Positions 35,736-43,439 of a stretch of 64,000 bases of DNA are shown here, piece by piece; positions within the stretch are counted from its first letter, which is position 1; each line of letters starts with the position of its first letter. The stretch is from Candidatus Parcubacteria bacterium (GTDB lineage Bacteria > Patescibacteriota > Patescibacteriia > Patescibacteriales > UBA12075), in the NCBI GenBank assembly GCA_963814275.1, contig CAWFCE010000001.1:3307-67306 (forward strand), read 5' to 3'. The notes under the pieces were generated by a model. It searched no databases, was not told the origin of the DNA, and saw nothing but the letters and a program-made list of their open reading frames with translations. A program made the translations under genes and the position numbers.

Positions 35736-38700
35736 ATGAAAAAATCAAAAAATAAAATAACGGAAATAATGAAAAAATACAATAAAATAATATTAATAAT
35801 TTTTGCCATATCCGCGATCGTAACGGTTGGTTTTGTATTTTTTTCCAGAAAAGACGCGCAAGAGGCAAAAGCAGGATGGTGGAACGATTTCTGGTCCTAC
35901 CGCAAAGCGATCGTGATCAATCATAGCTACGTAGCAGGGGATCTCGAGAATTTCCCTGTGCTTATTTCCCTGACCGACACTAGTCTCGGCGCCCATGCCC
36001 AGGCGGACGGGGACGACATCATCTTTATTTCCGACAACGGCCAAAAACTCTCCCACGAGATCGAGTCCTTCGCCACTTCGACCGGCGTGCTGGTGGCCTG
36101 GGTGAAGATACCAAATTTGTCCAGCGGTGATGATACGGTGATAAATATGTATTACGGCAATGCCGGAGTCGGCAATCAGGAGGATGTCGGTAACGTCTGG
36201 GACGATAATTATCGGGCGGTGTGGCATATGGATAACACTACGGACAGTTCAAATAAGGGGGTTACTTTAACCGCCAACGGCGGGGCGAGCGTGAGCGGGT
36301 CTGGGAAAATGAGCAGCGCTTATCTGATTGACGGAGCTAATGAAAATCTGTCTTTTTCAGAAAACAATCAGATCGCGACTGCCGGTACGATCAGTTTTTG
36401 GTATAAGGAAACGACCGCCGCAGCCGGCTATAATAATTTTTTTGCCGCCAGCAATAACCAGTACCGCTTCATGATATATCGTAATAACGATGATGATGTT
36501 CTTATGTCCGGAATAGGCGATGATTCGTATGCTTATTTCGGAACCGTAAATGTCTTTGATGGAAGCTGGCGCTATGTGACGTTTACCTGGGATGACGCGA
36601 GCAACGAACGTAAAATATTCGTAAACGGCAGCCAGCAGAGCAGCACAGATACGACTTCTTTCTCAATTGATCCTATTACCACCTTCCGGATCGGTAATGA
36701 ATATGACGGCGGCGGCCAGCCAATTAACGGTCTAATGGACGAATTCCGCATTTCTTCTGTTATCCGATCTGATACCTGGTTTGAAACCGAGTTCAACAAC
36801 CAAAACTCCCCCGCCACCTTCCTCTCCGTCCAAACCGAGGAAACCGGGCCGGGGCCGGTCGGGTATTGGAGTTTCGACGAAGGCTACGGCACGACCGCGC
36901 ATGACGAGAGCGCGAGCGGGAACGACGGGACGATCACGGGCGCGACCTGGCAGGACGAGAGCATGTGCGTGAGCGGGAAGTGTCTGTATTTCGATGGGAG
37001 CAATGATTTAGTCGAAATAAACAATGAATCTAATTTTGATAATTTCGATGAAATTACTATTTCTGCCTGGGTAAAGAACCTGGAAACACCCGGCGATCAT
37101 CAGATCATCAGCAAAAGAAGCGCTTGGGATAGCACTGGCATACCTTTTGAAGTTCAGCAAAGCACTGATTATGCGGGAGACGTGTTTACATGGTTGATCA
37201 GAGGGAATGCCAATGATTTATATGGTCCGATCGGAGAAGCTAATAAATGGTACCATGTGGTTACGACTTGGGATGGTACTACCATGTTTATGTATATTAA
37301 CGGAATATTATCACAAACCAAGACAGCCGGCGTTTCCATCACGGATAATAATGAAAAAGTTACAATTGGCTCATTGCCGGGAGGCGGGGAATATTGGAAG
37401 GGCTATATTGATGAAGTAAAAATTTATTTTTATGCGAGAAATGCAGACGAAATCAAGCAGGATTATGCGGCCGGTCTGGCCGGGATCAAGTCCAATTCCG
37501 GCGTGGCCGCCTCCTTCGGCTCCAAATCCGACTCCTGGATGAGCGACGGGCTGGTCGGGTATTGGAAATTCGACGAGCCGACGACTGCCGAGACCTACGA
37601 AGACTCCTCCGGTAACGGCAATAGCGGAACAGCCCATGACAACGCTTCGACCACGGCGGGAAAATACGGTAATAGTTTTGTGGGAGGCGGAGTAGGCAGT
37701 AGCGACCGGGTTTTACTTGATAATACGGATATTTATGATGATTTGTCCGAAGGTACGATTGCTGCTTGGGTAAAATGGGACAGTAATTCAAGCTATGACG
37801 AAATATTCGGAGCGGGTAGCGCTATGGAATTCGAATTTGCTATGAGCTCAAATAATAAATTCGAAATATGGTCTAGAAATACCTGTGATGGCGGCCAGCT
37901 AAATGCCGAAGTAACCGTGTCGAATCCTTCCGACTGGCACCATCTCGTTTATACAACGAACAGCGCCGGTAATAATATGTATGTTGATGGGGAATTGCAG
38001 CAGCCAAATTATATTTCCGGATCAGCTGCAACGAACAAGTTTTTTCGCCATTGCAATACTGGTGTGACTCATTATCAGGTTGGAGCGGTTTATAATAATA
38101 TTTTAACGCCTATTGAGATATTCGACGGCCGGATTGACGAAGTCCGCATCTACAACCGCGCCCTGTCCGCGGACGAGGTGAAGAAACTCTACGACTGGGC
38201 GCCGGGGCCGGTGGCGTGGTGGCGCTTCGACGAGCTCAGCGGCTCCACCGTCTACGACAGTGCCGCAAGTTCGACTTACTCCGGTGGGAACCACGGCCAG
38301 TTCGGCGGCGGGGACGCCAATCCGGCCTGGACGCAGGGGAAATACGGCGGGGCACTCGAGTTTGACGGGTACGACGACGAAGTAAACGTCGGTGATATAA
38401 CCGCTCTTAATAATGCATCGGCTTTTACTTTTTCCGCCTGGCTTAAGCAGGATGTGCTAAATGCAAAAGCAGGATTTCTATACAAATGGGTTGATAGTTC
38501 CAATATGATTGTTGGTGAGACATGGTCAGATGGACATTTGTTTTTTCAAATTTCCAATGGAATTGCCTGGAGAGACAGAAGGATTCTAAACTATTCGAAT
38601 TATGTAAAAAGTAATGAATGGTTTTATTTTTCAGCAGTTTATGACGGGCATGGTGCAACTGATAATGATAAACTTAAACTATTTATAGACGGCATAAGTC

Positions 38701-41033
38701 GTGGCTCAAATTCTGGCAGCCCGATCCCAACAACAACAAGCGCTAGTTTGAATAGCGTCGATCTACTTCTTGGGGTAGGCGAGATTGACGGAGGAAGCGA
38801 AGTGAACTGGAATGGCTCAATTGATGACGTCCGCATCTACAACTACACCCGCACCCAGAAGCAGATTTTGGAGAACATGGCTAACGGTCCTGCTCTTCAA
38901 TCTCCAATCTTAAATCTTAAATTTGATGAGGGCTATGGTGATACGGCTTATGATTCGAGCGTATTTAAAAATAACGGTACATTGAATTCGGGCGGAAGCG
39001 GCGCCAACGATTCGAATACTAAAATGTGGAACAAGAACGGGAAAATCGGCGGAGCGATGGAGTTTGACGGGAATGATAGCGTATCAGTCACCACGGATGC
39101 AAGCCTGGAGTTGCCTGGTTCCGGAACAGTAGCCGCATGGTTCAAAAAATCATTATCCAGCGGGTCGGATAATGCTTATTTAGCCGGTAATTGTAATTGG
39201 TCAACTGACCGGAACGGTTATTGCCTGGTTTTTTATGGTAATACTTTAACCGGAGAGTTGGCCAGCGCTTCAAACTCCCAAAGATTATCAACTGCAAAAG
39301 TATATAATGACAATCAGTGGCATTTCGGGGTATTTACCTGGGATGGTAATGAACTTTCCCTGTATGTCGATGGTCGGCATGCTGTCTCGTCGATATCTCA
39401 AACGTTAACTCCGGTATATGTCAATGACTTAATGGTCGGAAAAAATTCCGCAACAGATGGATATTATTTCGGTGGTTTGATCGACGACGTCCGCGTCTAC
39501 AACTACGCCCTGTCCGATGACGAAATAAAAACCCTTTATAACCAGGGTGCGGCTACTGTCCTGGGGTCGGTTGGAAGCACGGCCGGGTCATCCGATCCGG
39601 CTGCGACTAGCAGCAATGCCGCTAGTCTTGCCTACTGCGTCCCCGGCTCGGACGACTACTGCGCACCACCGGTGCTCGAGCTCAACTTTGAGGAAATGGG
39701 CGGGGGGACAAATTACGATACCAGTGGTAGCGGAAATAACGGCACTTTGGGCGGAGGTACCTCAGCTTATCGGCCGGAATGGGAACGTGTCGGAAAAGTC
39801 GGGCATGCCTTGCGGTTTGACGGTAATGATGATTATACGATTTTATCAGTCAATGCTTACAACTCGTTAAGCGAAGGCACTATTTCTTTGTGGTTCAAAT
39901 CAGAAAGCACAGGGAATGATTACGGAAATATGTTTGCCGCCGACGGCACCTCCGAACCTTGGCTGGAATTGGGTTATGAGAGATCAAGCCAGCGAATATA
40001 TTTCGGTATGGAGGACGGATTCTGTGCGAGCGACTATTATGGTTTTGCTCCAGTTCCGGGCAATGGGAACGACTGGCATCAGGCCGTTTGGACCGTTGAT
40101 AACGGCGGTAATGCCCTTTATATCGACGGCGTAAAAAGCACGCCGTCATACGATCGAGGTGATTCGTCCGGAACCTGTTTCTTCGCTGACGCTTTCGGGA
40201 TACATTCGATTTATTATGCAGTCGGCTGTGACTGGAGGCCCAGCTCGTGTTATTTGCCGGAAATGTATGGCGGTTTGATCGACCAAGTCAAGATCTACGA
40301 CTACGCCCGCACCCCGGCGCAGATCGCCTGGGATTATAATGGCGGGGCGCCGATCGCGCACTGGACCTTTGATGAATGCAGTGGCGGAGTGATTCATGAT
40401 GAATCAGGCAATGGCAATGACGGCCAGCTTTACCTTGGTACGACCGGTGTCGCTGCCACCGGCACATGCGCCTCGTCGTCAGACAGTTTCTGGTATAACG
40501 GACGAGAAGGGAAATATAATAGCGCCGGGAGCTTTGACGGGGTGAGTGATTACGTAAAGATCAGCAATAATACTAATTTGGACCTGCAAGCGCCGTTATC
40601 GGTATCGGTTTGGGTCAATCCGGATGATAATGATGCGGATCTGTTCACCCACGGCAAACAGGACGCCTCGCCGTTCCTTGAATATCAGCTGATGCTCCTC
40701 GATACCGATGATCGCGTCCGCTGGTCCGTATCCACCGGCGGCGTCTTGAAAAATCTGGACAGTAAAAGCGTTTATACGACCGGCCGATGGATGCACATAA
40801 TAGGAACCTGGGACGGCGCGACCATGAAATTGTACATTAACGGAGTACTCGATAATGAAACCGCCAAGTCCGGTACGATCGGTGAATTGAACCAGGACAG
40901 CTATATCGGCGGCTGGACCGATTACGAGCGGTTAACCGGGAAATTGGATGATGTCAAAGTTTATAATTACGCTTTGACTCCTGAACAAGTTAAGACTGAG
41001 TATAATGGGGGAGCGGTGAAATTCGGGTATTAA
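35736..41033 (+). CDS. DUF2341 + seven-LamG surface protein, paralog 7, the only fully intact copy
   Basis: The ORF is 1765 aa, with an alternative start at ATG 35769. It has the anchor IILIIFAISAIVTVGFVFF, the DUF2341 signature, all six linker classes in order, and the tail ..YNYALTPEQVKTEYNGGAVKFGY*. Confidence 0.9.
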   Translation: MKKSKNKITEIMKKYNKIILIIFAISAIVTVGFVFFSRKDAQEAKAGWWNDFWSYRKAIVINHSYVAGDLENFPVLISLTDTSLGAHAQADGDDIIFISDNGQKLSHEIESFATSTGVLVAWVKIPNLSSGDDTVINMYYGNAGVGNQEDVGNVWDDNYRAVWHMDNTTDSSNKGVTLTANGGASVSGSGKMSSAYLIDGANENLSFSENNQIATAGTISFWYKETTAAAGYNNFFAASNNQYRFMIYRNNDDDVLMSGIGDDSYAYFGTVNVFDGSWRYVTFTWDDASNERKIFVNGSQQSSTDTTSFSIDPITTFRIGNEYDGGGQPINGLMDEFRISSVIRSDTWFETEFNNQNSPATFLSVQTEETGPGPVGYWSFDEGYGTTAHDESASGNDGTITGATWQDESMCVSGKCLYFDGSNDLVEINNESNFDNFDEITISAWVKNLETPGDHQIISKRSAWDSTGIPFEVQQSTDYAGDVFTWLIRGNANDLYGPIGEANKWYHVVTTWDGTTMFMYINGILSQTKTAGVSITDNNEKVTIGSLPGGGEYWKGYIDEVKIYFYARNADEIKQDYAAGLAGIKSNSGVAASFGSKSDSWMSDGLVGYWKFDEPTTAETYEDSSGNGNSGTAHDNASTTAGKYGNSFVGGGVGSSDRVLLDNTDIYDDLSEGTIAAWVKWDSNSSYDEIFGAGSAMEFEFAMSSNNKFEIWSRNTCDGGQLNAEVTVSNPSDWHHLVYTTNSAGNNMYVDGELQQPNYISGSAATNKFFRHCNTGVTHYQVGAVYNNILTPIEIFDGRIDEVRIYNRALSADEVKKLYDWAPGPVAWWRFDELSGSTVYDSAASSTYSGGNHGQFGGGDANPAWTQGKYGGALEFDGYDDEVNVGDITALNNASAFTFSAWLKQDVLNAKAGFLYKWVDSSNMIVGETWSDGHLFFQISNGIAWRDRRILNYSNYVKSNEWFYFSAVYDGHGATDNDKLKLFIDGISRGSNSGSPIPTTTSASLNSVDLLLGVGEIDGGSEVNWNGSIDDVRIYNYTRTQKQILENMANGPALQSPILNLKFDEGYGDTAYDSSVFKNNGTLNSGGSGANDSNTKMWNKNGKIGGAMEFDGNDSVSVTTDASLELPGSGTVAAWFKKSLSSGSDNAYLAGNCNWSTDRNGYCLVFYGNTLTGELASASNSQRLSTAKVYNDNQWHFGVFTWDGNELSLYVDGRHAVSSISQTLTPVYVNDLMVGKNSATDGYYFGGLIDDVRVYNYALSDDEIKTLYNQGAATVLGSVGSTAGSSDPAATSSNAASLAYCVPGSDDYCAPPVLELNFEEMGGGTNYDTSGSGNNGTLGGGTSAYRPEWERVGKVGHALRFDGNDDYTILSVNAYNSLSEGTISLWFKSESTGNDYGNMFAADGTSEPWLELGYERSSQRIYFGMEDGFCASDYYGFAPVPGNGNDWHQAVWTVDNGGNALYIDGVKSTPSYDRGDSSGTCFFADAFGIHSIYYAVGCDWRPSSCYLPEMYGGLIDQVKIYDYARTPAQIAWDYNGGAPIAHWTFDECSGGVIHDESGNGNDGQLYLGTTGVAATGTCASSSDSFWYNGREGKYNSAGSFDGVSDYVKISNNTNLDLQAPLSVSVWVNPDDNDADLFTHGKQDASPFLEYQLMLLDTDDRVRWSVSTGGVLKNLDSKSVYTTGRWMHIIGTWDGATMKLYINGVLDNETAKSGTIGELNQDSYIGGWTDYERLTGKLDDVKVYNYALTPEQVKTEYNGGAVKFGY

Positions 41034-41073
41034 TTAAACAAAACGTTGATAATTTTTAAATAAATGATAACGA

Positions 41074-41211
41074 ATTTTTAAATTTTGTAATTTTTAATTT
41101 TTAAATAAATTTTAAATCTTAATTTTTAAAGTCTAACTAAGTAGTACAGTAGTTTAAGACATTAAAAATTTAGATTTATTTACAAAATTAAAAATTAAAA
41201 ATTTAAAAATT
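41074..41211. repeat. AT-rich imperfect inverted repeat (TTTTTAAA/AATTTT word family) downstream of paralog 7
   Basis: The left arm GAATTTTTAAATTTTGTAATTTTTAATTTTTAAATAAA.. is complementary, with bulges, to the right arm ..TTTATTTACAAAATTAAAAATTAAAAATTTAAAAATTC. It may function as a terminator. Confidence 0.65.
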
Positions 41212-41252
41212 CTATCACGATGAAAGTTTCAGGCAATTATGTCTGTTTTTTG

Positions 41253-41281
41253 TTGCCCTAAATACCCAAAAATGTTATAAT
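41253..41281 (+). promoter_or_regulatory. Candidate sigma70-type promoter with extended -10
   Basis: The elements are TTGCCC (41253-41258), a 17-nt spacer containing TG at 41273-41274, and a perfect TATAAT (41276-41281). The site is ~270 nt upstream of the 41549 ORF. The call rests on sequence pattern only. Confidence 0.35.
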
Positions 41282-41548
41282 TGTGGATAATAAGGGTTAA
41301 CAAAAAATATATTAAAATAATATTAAGGTAATTAAAAGATAATATAAACACTAAAATAGGGCTAAAATTAAAATAAAATTACCAAAATAAAAAGCTATAC
41401 TGCCTAAAGTACGGCTTTTTTGTTTAATTAGAGAACAGAGGGAGTTCGTTTATTTTCTTGTTGATAAGTATATAAACGATCAATCCCTGATTGGCCGCTT
41501 AATTTATATTAAACACGAATATTAGATAATAAGCAGCCAAAGAGCCCC

Positions 41549-42010
41549 ATGCCCCTACCCCAAGCGCAAGATAAACTCGTGCCCTTACGGAAATTCTCCT
41601 CACCCGGAGTTTATTCGGCTGCTTATCTGTCCCAACTGGTCCAGCGCAAGAAACTCAAGGCCAAGAAGGTCGGCCGCAATTATTTCACCTGCGAAACCTG
41701 GTTCAATGAGTATCTGGAAACCTATGCCCGCGACGCCAAACAGGCAGCCTATATTGAAGAGAAAAAACAAGATATTCCGGAAATCACGGACGATAACGCG
41801 AACGTTATTGCCGTCGAATCCTCCGCCATCATCAGCCGCCCGATCGCCAAGCGTCTTAACCTGATAGCCATTTCGATGGCTATTTTTGTTTTGCTTTCTA
41901 TTTTGGTAAATATTTTCATTTATCTTGATTCGAAGAAAGGGACGGTGGCGGGGGAGAGTGAGAATTATGGTGTGGCGACAAGTTCCGAGTATAGAGATCT
42001 GCGTAATTGA
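41549..42010 (+). CDS. Small membrane-anchored protein with putative N-terminal helix-turn-helix (excisionase/MerR-like) segment
   Basis: The ORF is 153 aa. It has LVPLRKFSSPGVYSAAYLSQLVQRKKLKAKKVGRNYFTCETWFNEYL and a TM helix LIAISMAIFVLLSILVNIFIYL. The HTH assignment is pattern recollection only. Confidence 0.5.
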   Translation: MPLPQAQDKLVPLRKFSSPGVYSAAYLSQLVQRKKLKAKKVGRNYFTCETWFNEYLETYARDAKQAAYIEEKKQDIPEITDDNANVIAVESSAIISRPIAKRLNLIAISMAIFVLLSILVNIFIYLDSKKGTVAGESENYGVATSSEYRDLRN

Positions 42011-42030
42011 ATATATTGTTTATCTATTAT

Positions 42031-42517
42031 CCAATTTTCAATAATCCAATAATTCAATCAATATTTAATAATTAATTTTCAATTAATATATGGCAAGGAG
42101 GAAATGCTCTTTCGGTTATGACCTCGAAGAAAGACTAGCCCAATTCGGGGAACAAGTGATCGATCTGGCGAAAAAACTGCCCAAGAACTCAATTAACCAA
42201 AGACTCGTACCCCAGGCAGTGAGTTCCGCCGGTTCGTCTGGTGCCAATTACTGCGAAGCCTGTGAGGCGGAAAGCAAAAAAGATTTCCGCCACAAGATCG
42301 GAATTACCAAAAAAGAAATACGCGAAAGCAAGCATTGGCTAAGGCTTATCGCTCGAGCTAATGAACAGTATGCCGAGGATTGCCGCCGCCTCTGGCAGGA
42401 GGCCCACGAACTGCTACTGATATTTTCCAAAGTTCTACAGTCAAGCAAAACCAATTAAATATTAGATATTATATATTAATTGAAAATTGGATTATTGGAT
42501 TATTGAAAATTATTAAT
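42031..42517. repeat. Inverted-repeat bracket around the second four-helix-bundle gene (arms 42031-42089 and 42457-42517)
   Basis: The outer 21 nt AATTTTCAATAATCCAATAAT (~42033-42053) pair with the complementary 21 nt at ~42495-42515. The inner AATTTTCAATTAATATA (~42073-42089) pairs with TATATTAATTGAAAATT (~42471-42487). Confidence 0.75.
42090..42458 (+). CDS. Four-helix-bundle protein (23S rRNA IVS protein family / Avd-like), second copy
   Basis: The ORF is 122 aa. The pattern is YDLEERLAQFGEQVIDLAKKLPK..NQRLVPQAVSSAGSSGANYCEACEAESKKDFRHKIGITKKEIRESKHWLRLI. Confidence 0.85.
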   Translation: MARRKCSFGYDLEERLAQFGEQVIDLAKKLPKNSINQRLVPQAVSSAGSSGANYCEACEAESKKDFRHKIGITKKEIRESKHWLRLIARANEQYAEDCRRLWQEAHELLLIFSKVLQSSKTN

Positions 42518-42588
42518 AAATTTAATCATATAAATCATATGAATCTCTGCTAAATATTTGCAAAGATTTATAATATTTATAAGAAAAT

Positions 42589-43278
42589 ATGGACAAAGAA
42601 AACATCAAAAAATTAAAGGAGGAAGCCCTGCCCAAGCAGGAGCTGGACGCAGAAAGCGAACTGCCATCCCCCAAATGGTGGGAGCGGGTGCTGGAAATCA
42701 TCCGGCGCCATTCGACCAGACGCAATCTGGTAATTTTGGGAGTTGTGCTGGCCGTGATAATTATCGGCGTTCTTCTGCGCGTATTCGTCTTCAAACCGGC
42801 GCCGAAGCAGCTCTATGCCGTGGCCGTGGTGGTCAGAAGCCAGTCGAACAAAAACGATCCGGTCGAGGATGCCCGCAGCAGTCTCAAAGCAGGCGACGTG
42901 CTCCTGGTCACCGATCCGGACCACAAATGGTCCAAGACCGAATCGATCAGCTATCTGATGCTCAAAATGAACCTGACCGAAGACCAGAAGCAGAAGCTGA
43001 CCCAGGGAGAAGAACGCGAGATCCCGGACAGCGAACTCTCGGATGAGGAAAAGCAAAGAATAGCGGATGAAAAAAAGCAGGCCAAGGACGAGGGCCGCGA
43101 CTATCAGCCGGAACCGCGGACTGAAACCCTGCGGGCGCGGGAATATCATATCGACCTGACCAAAAAACCGTTTACGGATTTCAAAGCGATTGACCTGATG
43201 AACGGCCAGCCCTTTGCCGACCAGACGTTTGACTGGGGGATCGTGAGTAAGAAGAAGAGCGTTTTGAAGGAGAAATAA
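42589..43278 (+). CDS. Hypothetical single-pass membrane protein with charged (Lys/Glu-rich) C-terminal region
   Basis: The ORF is 229 aa with a TM helix LVILGVVLAVIIIGVLLRVFVF. The overlapping minus-strand ORF and the alternative + frame look like antisense or Arg-rich artefacts. Confidence 0.6.
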   Translation: MDKENIKKLKEEALPKQELDAESELPSPKWWERVLEIIRRHSTRRNLVILGVVLAVIIIGVLLRVFVFKPAPKQLYAVAVVVRSQSNKNDPVEDARSSLKAGDVLLVTDPDHKWSKTESISYLMLKMNLTEDQKQKLTQGEEREIPDSELSDEEKQRIADEKKQAKDEGRDYQPEPRTETLRAREYHIDLTKKPFTDFKAIDLMNGQPFADQTFDWGIVSKKKSVLKEK

Positions 43279-43439
43279 AATAAAATTTATAGGTAATAAT
43301 TTATACCCTCGGGGCACTTTGTAATTTATAAACAATTTGTAAGTAATAATACTAAATTTGAAAAAAGAATTTATTGATTATTACAAATTAGATATTTGGT
43401 ATTGTTTATTCATTACAAATTACAAATTATAAATTTATC
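43279..43439. repeat. AT-rich inverted-repeat spacer, same family as 5852-6025, immediately upstream of the beta-helix mega-gene
   Basis: It shares the string AATTTATACC..GGCACTTTGTAA.TT.TAAACAATTTGTAA and the right arm ATTGTTTAT.CATTACAAATTACAAATTA with the spacer upstream of LamG paralog 2. Confidence 0.75.

Noticed and set aside
41390-41425. A rho-independent terminator at ..AAAAAGCTATACTGCCTAAAGTACGGCTTTTTTG.
   Set aside because: A T-run is present, but I could not find a convincing GC-rich stem preceding it.
42558-43046. Alternative-frame + strand ORFs: 42558-43046, 44134-44631, 44297-44770, 62341-62931, 11246-11743 and others.
   Set aside because: These are out-of-frame overlaps of well-supported genes. 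Their compositions are Arg/Pro-rich with no motifs.
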